Origin: an uncultured Planctomycetota bacterium
GTDB lineage: Bacteria > Planctomycetota > CAZGEP01
Direction: 5' to 3'
DNA: 64,000 bases
Assembly: GCA_964524955.1 (NCBI GenBank)
Contig: CAZGEP010000001.1
Span: forward strand, 1,811-65,810
A model generated the notes under the pieces. That model made no database searches. It was not told the origin of the DNA and worked only from the letters and a program-made list of their open reading frames with translations. The first letter of the stretch is position 1. Every line of letters begins with the position of its first letter. The position numbers and the translations under genes were made by a program. Shown here in pieces: positions 18,579-26,839 of this stretch.

Positions 18579-20045
18579 ATGAAAAACAAGACCCCCTTAA
18601 ACGTTCTGCTGATTATGACAGATCAGCACCGGCACGATTGGGCGGGCTATGCCGGTGGACACTGGTGCCGCACGCCGAATATTGACCGTCTGGCTGCCTC
18701 GGGTACAGTACTTACTGGATGCTGCACCAATGCACCGATCTGTGCACCGGCCCGTTGCTCACTGGCCACAGGAATGGATCCCCATCACTGCGGGGTGCTG
18801 TGCAACAGCCATAATCTTGATCCCGATTCGCAGACGCTCTACAAGCATTTGCGTGATCACGGCTGGTGGACCGGTTATGTGGGCAAGCTTGATCTGGCCA
18901 AAGGCATTGGTGACCGTGCGGTTGGCAAAGACGGTCGTATGCCCGCACTCTTTGCCTGGGGATTTTGCGATCCACGTGACTCAGGTGGTGTTATGCAGCC
19001 GTATTGCACCGACCAGCGTCCGTACTTTCAGCACCTGGAATCCAAAGGGCTGCTCGAAACATTCAACGCCGACCGTGCGGCGCGAGTCCTCCGGGAAGGG
19101 GTTTTCTGCGCAATGCGAAGCGGCGGTGTGGATCCCCGGGAACTGCCCTGCGACTGGATCGCACAGAACGCAGGGGATTCACTGTTGGCCGAAGACGACC
19201 ATACCGATGGCTTCTGCGGGACGCTGGCCGAGCGCTGGCTGGAAGAGGCCTGTTCACGTACGGAACCGTTCTTTCTTCAGGTCAATTTCCACGGTCCGCA
19301 CGATCCCTATGATCCGCCGGCTGAATGGGCAGCGCTCTTTCGGGATGCGCCGGTATCACCTGCTGTACTGCCGCCCGAACAGGCACCTGCCTGGCAGGCG
19401 CGAGCGTTTGCCAGTGCACACTCTCCTTCGATTCTGCATGCGCGACGACAGTATTCTGCCACGGTGGCCATGATCGACAACCGGATCGGGCGCATAATCG
19501 AGCTGCTGGAACGCCGAGGGCGGCTGGAGAATACGCTGGTTATCTTTACATCGGATCACGGTGATTTGCTGGGCGACCTGGGCCTGTTTGCCAAGAATGC
19601 CCCCTATGATGGAGATCTGCGTGTACCTCTGATGCTGGCTGGTCCCGGAATTCCTGCAAAGCGGTGCAGCAATGCGATTGTTGAACTGGCGGATCTGTAT
19701 CCCACGATCTGCGACCTGCTGGGACTGCCTGTTCCGGTCGACCTGGATGCGCGCTCACTGGCACCTCTTGTCTGCGGGCAGAGCGAGGAACACCGCCCCG
19801 ACGCACTGTCCATGCTGGATCATTTTGTCTGCCTGCGAACCCGGGAGTGGAAATACGTGCTCTACTCAGATGGCGCTGAAGAACTTTACGACCTGCTGAA
19901 TGATCCAGGCGAACGAGAGGAACGTATTGCTCAGGACCAATCCGGAAACCTTCTCAATCAAGCCCGATCACGTCTGGTCGAGCGCGTCGGTACCACGTAT
20001 CAAGAACACAAACCAGGCTGGTGGGATCAGCTGCCAGGAGCGTGA
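18579..20045 (+). CDS. Sulfatase (Cys-type), no signal peptide
   Basis: LNVLLIMTDQHRHDW...CAPARCSLATGM (C-x-P-x-R signature). The start is set at the ATG at 18579 (MKNKTPLNV) rather than the track's upstream alternative start. Confidence 0.85.
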   Translation: MKNKTPLNVLLIMTDQHRHDWAGYAGGHWCRTPNIDRLAASGTVLTGCCTNAPICAPARCSLATGMDPHHCGVLCNSHNLDPDSQTLYKHLRDHGWWTGYVGKLDLAKGIGDRAVGKDGRMPALFAWGFCDPRDSGGVMQPYCTDQRPYFQHLESKGLLETFNADRAARVLREGVFCAMRSGGVDPRELPCDWIAQNAGDSLLAEDDHTDGFCGTLAERWLEEACSRTEPFFLQVNFHGPHDPYDPPAEWAALFRDAPVSPAVLPPEQAPAWQARAFASAHSPSILHARRQYSATVAMIDNRIGRIIELLERRGRLENTLVIFTSDHGDLLGDLGLFAKNAPYDGDLRVPLMLAGPGIPAKRCSNAIVELADLYPTICDLLGLPVPVDLDARSLAPLVCGQSEEHRPDALSMLDHFVCLRTREWKYVLYSDGAEELYDLLNDPGEREERIAQDQSGNLLNQARSRLVERVGTTYQEHKPGWWDQLPGA

Positions 20046-20097
20046 ATCCTTCAAAGAAACGGCTGTGCAGGTATCTATGTATTGCGTTAACTTTGCA

Positions 20098-20125
20098 TTG
20101 ACAATCTGACCGTTTGGGTTATATT
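20098..20125 (+). promoter_or_regulatory. sigma70-like promoter (TTGACA-N16-TATATT) upstream of the MDR-like gene
   Basis: ttgacaatctgaccgtttgggttatatt; RBS aggagg at 20152-20157. Confidence 0.4.
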
Positions 20126-20161
20126 CGAGCAGTGTATTTTGACAGACTACCAGGAGGTTTT

Positions 20162-20896
20162 ATGAAGGGCTATCAGATTGTTTTTGAGCAAAAAGGCAGC
20201 GCAGCTCTGCGGGAATGTGGCGTGCCGGAAGTCGGGGCGGATGAAGTGTTTCTGGAATCGGACTACAGTGCTGTAAGCGCAGGCACGGAACGGGCAAACC
20301 TGCTGCATCTGCCGAATACCCTGACAGGCGAAGGACGGTCCTATGCCCCGGGCTACAGCAGTTGCGGCCGTGTGGCGGCAAAAGGAAGGGATGTTACGAA
20401 TCTGAACGAAGGGGATCGGGTGCTTGCACCGGGCGCTGCAGAGGCCTTTTCGCCGGATGAGGAGGGTTTTGTGGAAAAGGTCAAGGTCGCAGCAGGCGGC
20501 ACCGGCCCGGATGCCGTGGTGGAAGTGACCGGCTCTGCAGTCGCTCTGCAGCAGGCGCTTGAGTATGCCGGATGGCAGGCACGTATTTCACTTCTTGGCT
20601 GCACCCGTATTTCGGATGTTCCGATCGATCTTTACAAGTATGTACATCGTCGCGGTGTATCCATTGTGGGCTCGCATACGTTTGCACGCCCCAAACACGA
20701 GTCTGCTCCGGGGCGCTGGACTGAATTTGATGATTACCGCATGTTTATAAAACTGCTTGCAGCCGGCAAACTGGAGGTGCGTTCACTGATCACGCAGGTC
20801 TCGTCCCCGGACAAGGCAGCGGATGTCTATGCCTCTCTTGCACAATCAGAAATGCCTCCACTGGGTATTGTCTTTGACTGGAACCTGATTCGATGA
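20162..20896 (+). CDS. MDR/zinc-binding alcohol dehydrogenase-like protein (short, degenerate Rossmann motif)
   Basis: GroES-like ADH_N region (EVGADEVFLESDYSAVSAGTE..., GYSSCGRVAAKGRDVTNLNEGDRVLAPG). The C-terminal half lacks a clear GxGxxG. 244 aa. Confidence 0.45.
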   Translation: MKGYQIVFEQKGSAALRECGVPEVGADEVFLESDYSAVSAGTERANLLHLPNTLTGEGRSYAPGYSSCGRVAAKGRDVTNLNEGDRVLAPGAAEAFSPDEEGFVEKVKVAAGGTGPDAVVEVTGSAVALQQALEYAGWQARISLLGCTRISDVPIDLYKYVHRRGVSIVGSHTFARPKHESAPGRWTEFDDYRMFIKLLAAGKLEVRSLITQVSSPDKAADVYASLAQSEMPPLGIVFDWNLIR

Positions 20897-21708
20897 AGCG
20901 GCTTGCAATCGTTCAGCTCGGTGTTACGCACGAACATGCCTCTGTGAAGATGGAGACCGTGCGGCGATTAAGCGATGTCTTTGATGTCATCGGCGTTGTG
21001 GATGACCGAGCACCTGAATGTTCCGGTGCTGCGGGAGGGAAACACTCGCTGGTCTACGACGGGCTGCCGCGAATGACCGAAGAGCAACTCTTCGATTCCG
21101 ATAATGTGGAGGCCGTGATTGTTGAGAAAACCAACCATGACCAGCCCGCAGCTGCACTGCGCTGTGCGGAACGCGGATTTCATATCCATATGGACAAACC
21201 CGGCGGACAGGCCATGGAGCCATTTCAGAATATTGTGGAGCTCTGCCAGGAAAAGGAACGTGTCTTCTATATGGGATATATGTATCGGACAAATCCCGGC
21301 CTTGCACTCTGCCGACAGGTCCTGGACAAGGGGTGGATGGGCGAGGTGTTTGAGGTGGACATGACCATGAACCGGTTTGATACAGACTGTTTCCGGTCTT
21401 ACATCCGGACGTTCTGCGGGGGAGCGATGTACAACTTCGGAAGCCATCTTGTTGATATTGCAGTGACTCTTCTTGGAAGGCCGGAACGTGTGACGCCGTT
21501 TCTCGTTTCAGGAACCGAATCCGGAGTTTACGGCCGGAACGCATTTTTTTGAACTCCTGCCCATGAACACGAGGTACGACGAGCAGTTGATTGAGTTTGC
21601 TCGATGCGTGCGTGGCGAAATAAAGAATCCCTATTCCTATGAACATGAACTGCTGGTGCAGGAAGTGCTGCTTGCTGCATCCGGAATCACTGAGTGGAGC
21701 GGAAAATG
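20893..21708 (+). pseudogene. Gfo/Idh/MocA family oxidoreductase, reading frame broken at a T7 homopolymer (21544-21550)
   Basis: ORF 20893-21552 (MKRLAIVQLGVTHEHA...) stops after ...GRNAFF. Removing one T joins it in-frame to a typical family C-terminus ELLPMNTRYDEQLIEFARCVRGEIKNPYSYEHELLVQEVLLAASGITEWSGK* ending at 21708. Confidence 0.5.
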
Positions 21709-22662
21709 AGAGCGATCCTTGTAGATGAAAACCGGAGTCTTAACTGGAGTGAGGTTCCGGATCCTGTTGCCGCAGACGGCGAAGTGTTGATTGATATTCG
21801 TGCTGCAGCCCTCAACCGGGCCGATTTGATGCAGCGAGCGGGCAACTACCCGCCGCCACCCGGATGTCCGGATTGGATGGGGCTTGAAGTGGCGGGGACA
21901 GACACAGAGGCCCCGTCCGGGAGCCGATGGAAACCGGGCGATCCGGTTTGCGCGCTGCTGGGGGGCGGGGGCTACGCCGAACAGGTGGCGGTTCCCGCTG
22001 GCATGGTGCTTCCTGTGCCGGATGGTCTGTCCATGGTCGAAGCCGCTGCCCTTCCGGAAGCCTTTGCAACCTCTTACCTGAATATCTGCGTGGAAGGCGC
22101 CTTCAATGCCAGGGAAACGGTTTTGATTCAGGCCGGAGCGAGCGGTCTGGGCATGGCCGCAATTCAGCTGGTCAAGGCTGTTGGCGGAAAGGTGGTGACA
22201 ACCGTCAGTACAGAGCCCAAAGCCGACTTTGTCCGCAAGTTCGGTGCAGACGTTGTGGTCAACCGGAAAACCCGTGATCTTGCGGATGTCGTGGACGAAC
22301 ATCCGATCGATATCGCGCTGGACTGTATCAGCGGACCCGCGCTGGGTCCGTGCATTGAGAAAATGGCTGCAGGCGGTCGCTGGATTGTGATTGCGACGCT
22401 GGGCGGTGATCGTACTGAGATCAATATGAACGCGTTCTTCAGGAAGGGTATCAGGCTGATCGGAAGCACGCTTCGGAGCCGATCGCCTGAAATGAAGGCT
22501 CAAATTCTTGCCGGGCTTGAGAAAACGCTCTGGCCGGCGCTTGCTGCCGGAGATGTTAAGCCGGTCATCCACTCGGAGTTTCCCATTACGCAGGCTGAAC
22601 AAGCCCACGCTGTGCTGGAGCGGCGTGAGAACATTGGAAAAGTTGTGCTTACGGTTGACTGA
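21706..22662 (+). CDS. NAD(P)H:quinone oxidoreductase, zinc-binding MDR (PIG3/Qor family)
   Basis: MRAILVDENRSL...VLIDIRAAALNRADLMQRAGNYPPPPG...; the classical Qor architecture and length (about 318 aa). Confidence 0.8.
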   Translation: MRAILVDENRSLNWSEVPDPVAADGEVLIDIRAAALNRADLMQRAGNYPPPPGCPDWMGLEVAGTDTEAPSGSRWKPGDPVCALLGGGGYAEQVAVPAGMVLPVPDGLSMVEAAALPEAFATSYLNICVEGAFNARETVLIQAGASGLGMAAIQLVKAVGGKVVTTVSTEPKADFVRKFGADVVVNRKTRDLADVVDEHPIDIALDCISGPALGPCIEKMAAGGRWIVIATLGGDRTEINMNAFFRKGIRLIGSTLRSRSPEMKAQILAGLEKTLWPALAAGDVKPVIHSEFPITQAEQAHAVLERRENIGKVVLTVD

Positions 22663-22709
22663 ATTGAGACGGTATATCATAGGATTTCATATTCTTCTTT
22701 GCAAAGGAA

Positions 22710-23822
22710 TTGTACATGGCTGAGCGCCTTAAACGGATTACTACATATATCGTATTCTTATCTGTTCTTTCGTCATTCGCAGCAGCGGAGCCTGCCGGTA
22801 CGGGCAGACAGAAAATCCGACAGATGACCACCCGAAACGGGAAACCGTTTGCTGTTGCTGTTGACATCTTTGCACAGCTTTGCCGTATCCGGTATGATTC
22901 GGATCTGGTAAAGAAGAACATGGAGATGCTGGCTGACCTGGGGTTCAAGCGCGTATACTTTGTTGTTTGTCCACCGGGCTACCCCAGTTTCTCCAGTCCG
23001 AGGTTGGCATTAATGCCGCCCGGGAATGACTGCAGGAACTACGCACTGGAATCCGTGACTGCACTGGATTCGCCCAATCTGGTCTTCTGTCGATACGCGA
23101 AACAACTTGGGCTGGAGGCAATCGCCGTGTTGAAGCCCTACGAAGGCGGGGGCGGCGCCACAGTTCCGGCAGGAGCACGATGCTTCTGGACACCGGGTGG
23201 ACGGCACAAATGCGTAGGCGGAGACCGCATCAACTTTGACACCTTTCTGGCCAGCTATCCGGAGTTTCGGGTCAAACGCAGACCCATTCCCGGATATGAA
23301 AAACGCGTTTCACAGCCGTTCCGGAAGATTGAGCTGACATTCTGCCTGGATGAGATCCCGGCTGCAAACCGGAAATCTGCAATCCCGGCTGTTGAAAAAG
23401 ACTATCGAATCGTCGATCATCCTGTGGAGTTTCGTCTGTGGCAGAGCAAAGACAACGGTATATACACTCGGGTAAAGACTGCATACAAGGTACGGGAGCG
23501 GATCGAAAAACGGGTTATTCAAAGTATCTATGGAAAACCGCTCATACAAACACCCAGACGATGCCGGATCGTTGAAATTACAAATTTGAAACTGCCGGCT
23601 GGCACTGATTACGTGGCTGTCTCAATGCATGGGGACGAAGAGCATGTCAAGCGCCTCAGGACGATCCCATCTACCATGTTCGGAGCGTTCGGGCCTGACG
23701 CGCTCATTCCGGTAACTACGGCCCATTTTGTCCGGCAGGGAAAGAGTCCCAGTCAGCGTCTGCTTGCGCCGGATAAACGATTGTGGGGCCTGGAAGCCAG
23801 TCCAGGGCCGTATGGATTTTAA
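22710..23822 (+). CDS. Secreted protein, N-terminal portion of a GHL10-like (glycoside-hydrolase-like TIM-barrel, PF02638-type) protein with an inserted beta-rich domain
   Basis: Signal peptide (ITTYIVFLSVLSSFAAA). N-terminal TIM-barrel-like strands/helices (AVAVDIFAQL, KKNMEMLADLGFKRVYFVV, QLGLEAIAVLKPYE). It terminates inside a 14-nt overlap with the next ORF. Confidence 0.45.
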   Translation: MYMAERLKRITTYIVFLSVLSSFAAAEPAGTGRQKIRQMTTRNGKPFAVAVDIFAQLCRIRYDSDLVKKNMEMLADLGFKRVYFVVCPPGYPSFSSPRLALMPPGNDCRNYALESVTALDSPNLVFCRYAKQLGLEAIAVLKPYEGGGGATVPAGARCFWTPGGRHKCVGGDRINFDTFLASYPEFRVKRRPIPGYEKRVSQPFRKIELTFCLDEIPAANRKSAIPAVEKDYRIVDHPVEFRLWQSKDNGIYTRVKTAYKVRERIEKRVIQSIYGKPLIQTPRRCRIVEITNLKLPAGTDYVAVSMHGDEEHVKRLRTIPSTMFGAFGPDALIPVTTAHFVRQGKSPSQRLLAPDKRLWGLEASPGPYGF

Positions 23823-24633
23823 CCAGTGGGGTTTTGAATTTGACTGGCGTGGCGGCGGATTTTTCTTCGGTGATGGGTGGCACAATGAATCGCTTTACTG
23901 CCTGGGGCGAGGAAAAATAATGACCATGAAGGGAACCCACTGTGAAGCATATCCGGAAGTCCGGGACTACTGGATGGACCAGGTTGAGAATCTGATCGCC
24001 ATGGGATACGACGGTGTGGACATCCGTTTGCAGAATCATTCAAGCATGGTCTGCGATATTGCTCAATTCGGGTTTAATGAACCGCTGGTCAAGGCCTACC
24101 AAAAGGAATACGGCAAGAGTCCACTGGAGGGTATGTGTGATCCTCTCAAGATGATGGCGGTTCGGGGCCGGTTTTTCCAGGATTTTTTAAAGAAAGCATC
24201 CGACCTGCTTCATCGAAACAACCGAAAGCTGATGATTCACATGCGCCACTGCCACCAGGAACCCAGACTGAGTTCTGATTTCAATCAGCTTGGATTCTGG
24301 GCAATGCCTAAGATCTGGCTGAAGGACTGGAGGGGGGTAATTGACCTTGTGGATGAGGTGACCATCAAGGATTACTGCTGGGGCAAGTACGATCCCGCCA
24401 GTGCTGAAAGGATTAAGAAATACGCCCGGTCAAACGGCAAGCCTGTCTGGGTGCATAACTACATCGGTCAGGGAGACGGAATCACCCGCAGTTTCATTGA
24501 TGCTGTTGCTGCAGACCCGACCGTCACCGGTATCATCCTCTATGAAGCCTACTGGTCACTCATCCGCCAGAAAAAGGGTAAACTCTTTTACAACAAGAAG
24601 CATCTTCAGGAGCTCAAAGAGGTGGTCCGGTAG
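23809..24633 (+). CDS. GHL10-like TIM-barrel C-terminal portion (possible continuation of the preceding ORF after a frame change)
   Basis: PEVRDYWMDQVENLIAMGYDGVDIRL, LMIHMRH, VIDLVDEVTIKDY, PVWVHNYI and GIILYEAYW resemble barrel strands 4-8 of PF02638-type hydrolase-like proteins. No signal peptide of its own. Confidence 0.4.
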   Translation, partial: RMDFNQWGFEFDWRGGGFFFGDGWHNESLYCLGRGKIMTMKGTHCEAYPEVRDYWMDQVENLIAMGYDGVDIRLQNHSSMVCDIAQFGFNEPLVKAYQKEYGKSPLEGMCDPLKMMAVRGRFFQDFLKKASDLLHRNNRKLMIHMRHCHQEPRLSSDFNQLGFWAMPKIWLKDWRGVIDLVDEVTIKDYCWGKYDPASAERIKKYARSNGKPVWVHNYIGQGDGITRSFIDAVAADPTVTGIILYEAYWSLIRQKKGKLFYNKKHLQELKEVVR

Positions 24634-24653
24634 GTCTGTCAGAAAAGCCTGGC

Positions 24654-24681
24654 TTGACAAACCGGATATAATCGATATATT
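24654..24681 (+). promoter_or_regulatory. sigma70-like promoter (TTGACA-N16-TATATT) upstream of aroG
   Basis: ttgacaaaccggatataatcgatatatt, about 100 nt upstream of the ATG at 24780. Confidence 0.35.
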
Positions 24682-24779
24682 CTTCTCCGGCAGCATGGTG
24701 CTGACTGCTGATGGTTGTGAGGTTATGACCGCTGCCCTGTGCATCCAACGAAATACAACTGTTGAGCGAGGTATGAGAA

Positions 24780-25817
24780 ATGCAGAATACGCACAATCTT
24801 CATGTTGAGGCGTTTGAATCGCTTGCGTCTCCGATTGGAATACATGAGGCGCTTCCGTTAAGTGAGCAGGCAGCGGTCTCTGTAACCCTTGGCCGCAAGG
24901 CGCTGTGCAAAGCACTTGCCGGGCATGACAGGCGCCTGGTTGTTGTTACCGGTCCCTGCTCGATTCACGACGCAAGGGCCGCACTCGACTATGCCGGACG
25001 GCTGGCTGCACTGAATGAGAAAGTAAAAGATAATCTGCTCGTTGTCATGCGTGTCTACTTTGAGAAACCTCGGACGACTGTGGGCTGGAAGGGGCTGATC
25101 AACGATCCGAATCTCGACAACAGCTGTGATATAAACGCCGGCTTGCGGCAGGCGCGCGAAATTCTGCTTGCGATCAACGAACTGGGACTTCCCTGTGCCA
25201 CCGAATTTCTCGATCCGATTGTTCCGCAGTATATCTCTGACCTGGTTGCCTGGGCAGCGATCGGTGCACGCACCACAGAAAGCCAGACCCACCGCGAGAT
25301 GGCGAGCGGCCTGTCCATGCCGGTCGGCTTCAAGAATGCCACGGACGGAGATCTTCAGATTGCAATCGACGGAATGATTGCCAGTCAGCGCGGACATGCA
25401 TTTCTGGGGATCAATGATCAGGGAACCACCTGCGTTGTCCGCACCTCGGGTAATCCCTATGTACATCTTGTTCTGCGCGGTGGATCCAAACCGAATTTCA
25501 GCAAACCGCATATCGCCTTTGCCAAAGCATCGCTGGAAAGTTTTGAGAATCCCCGTCTGGTCATGGTCGACTGCAGTCACGGAAACAGCGAAAAGGACCA
25601 TGCCCGCCAGCGGTCATCTTTTGAGGAGATTGTGTCCCTCTATGACAGCGGTGAGGAATCCATACTCGGTGTGATGCTGGAAAGCAGCCTGGTCGAAGGA
25701 AAACAGTCGATCGGACCGGATATGGTTTACGGCCGATCGGTTACCGATGCCTGCATCGGCTGGGAGGATACCGAGCAAATGATTTCGGAGGCCCATCAGA
25801 AGCTGGGTTCTGTCTGA
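24780..25817 (+). CDS. aroG: 3-deoxy-7-phosphoheptulonate (DAHP) synthase, class I alpha
   Basis: Near-collinear identity blocks with E. coli AroG: LVVVTGPCSIHD, VMRVYFEKPRTTVGWKGLINDP, AIGARTTESQTHREMASGLSMPVGFKN, GKSVTDACIGWEDT. Confidence 0.9.
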   Translation: MQNTHNLHVEAFESLASPIGIHEALPLSEQAAVSVTLGRKALCKALAGHDRRLVVVTGPCSIHDARAALDYAGRLAALNEKVKDNLLVVMRVYFEKPRTTVGWKGLINDPNLDNSCDINAGLRQAREILLAINELGLPCATEFLDPIVPQYISDLVAWAAIGARTTESQTHREMASGLSMPVGFKNATDGDLQIAIDGMIASQRGHAFLGINDQGTTCVVRTSGNPYVHLVLRGGSKPNFSKPHIAFAKASLESFENPRLVMVDCSHGNSEKDHARQRSSFEEIVSLYDSGEESILGVMLESSLVEGKQSIGPDMVYGRSVTDACIGWEDTEQMISEAHQKLGSV

Positions 25818-25821
25818 GTGC

Positions 25822-26830
25822 TTATTCATTCGATTGGGGATTCTCAAACCAAATGACGCCCCAGCCCCGTTCTCTTCGGTCGTTACGATGTCTTCATCGC
25901 CGTCTCTATCGATGTCGGCAATGTAAACATTGTCCATCTTGATGCGCGATTTCGCGCCAGGGATCCGAAACGGCTTCGCAATCCAATTTTTTGATTCCAT
26001 CGGTCCATACCTTCTTTTCCGCTGGCAATCAATATATCTTGGGTCTGGTCTCCGTTGACATCGCCAACTGTAATGAACAAGCATTTGTGAGGATGCAGCT
26101 TCTTGCGCGGTCACGCAGCTGTAAAATTTTGTTTGCCCGGATTGTCGTACCAGAATATCCCGTCACGTCGGTCGGCGACAACCAGATCCATGTCACCATC
26201 CTGGTAAATGCAGTTCATGGGCCACTTGGCCTTGCCGATCTCGTACCGTGTCCAGTTTTTTGTTTCGTGCTTACCGTTTTTCGGTTGTTTGAACCAGGAC
26301 CGGGCACCGACGATCAGGTCATTGAGTCCGTCTCCATCAACATCGGTTACTATGGGTACGCGCTGTTCATGGTCAAATAATGTCATTTTTATCCACGCAG
26401 AAGGATTGCGGATATCGGCCTTGCCCGGATTGAAATACACCCATCCGCCGTTGGCGATATAGTCGATGTCTCCGTCGTTATCCAGGTCGCCGATCCCAGA
26501 GTCTTCGCACTGGCCATGGCTGAACTCGATAAAATCTTTCCAGGTGTCGCGTACGGTGTCCCGTCCGGGATTGAAATAGAGCCGACTGTATTTTCCCTCT
26601 TCATAGTTGACAAAAATGTCGATATTTCCGTCGTCATTCCAGTCATGGAAGTTAATTCCGTCTGGACCATGGTCTTTCGGGTCTGGCTGAATAACGTTAC
26701 AGCGCCATCCGCTGGGACCCGGTTTGCCGACGTGTTTCTTCCACGCTTCCGAGGCAGGCGCGGCAGCGTAAATCTTGAGTAGTAGTGTTGCAATTATATA
26801 CAGTAGTGCAAACAACAGAATATGCTTCAT
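25822..26830 (-). pseudogene. FG-GAP/VCBS repeat lipoprotein-like gene, disrupted: in-frame TGA at 26111-26113 plus at least two frame changes in the 3' third
   Basis: Intact 5' part MKHILLFALLYII... has repeats (DLDNDGDID, DVDGDGLNDLIVG, DGDMDLVVAD). After the TGA the same frame continues ...FITVGDVNGDQTQDILIASGKEG. It then switches frame to ...YIADIDRDGDEDIVTTEENGAG, and again to GVIWFENPQSNE* ending at about 25822. Confidence 0.5.
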
Positions 26831-26839
26831 GATTCTCCC

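Noticed and set aside
26111-26113. In-frame TGA in the FG-GAP gene as possible selenocysteine or TGA recoding
   Set aside because: Well-conserved genes in this window (fliE, Gfo/Idh/MocA, others) terminate with TGA at expected lengths, so TGA is a stop. The same gene also carries frameshifts, and a Sec in an extracytoplasmic repeat protein is implausible.
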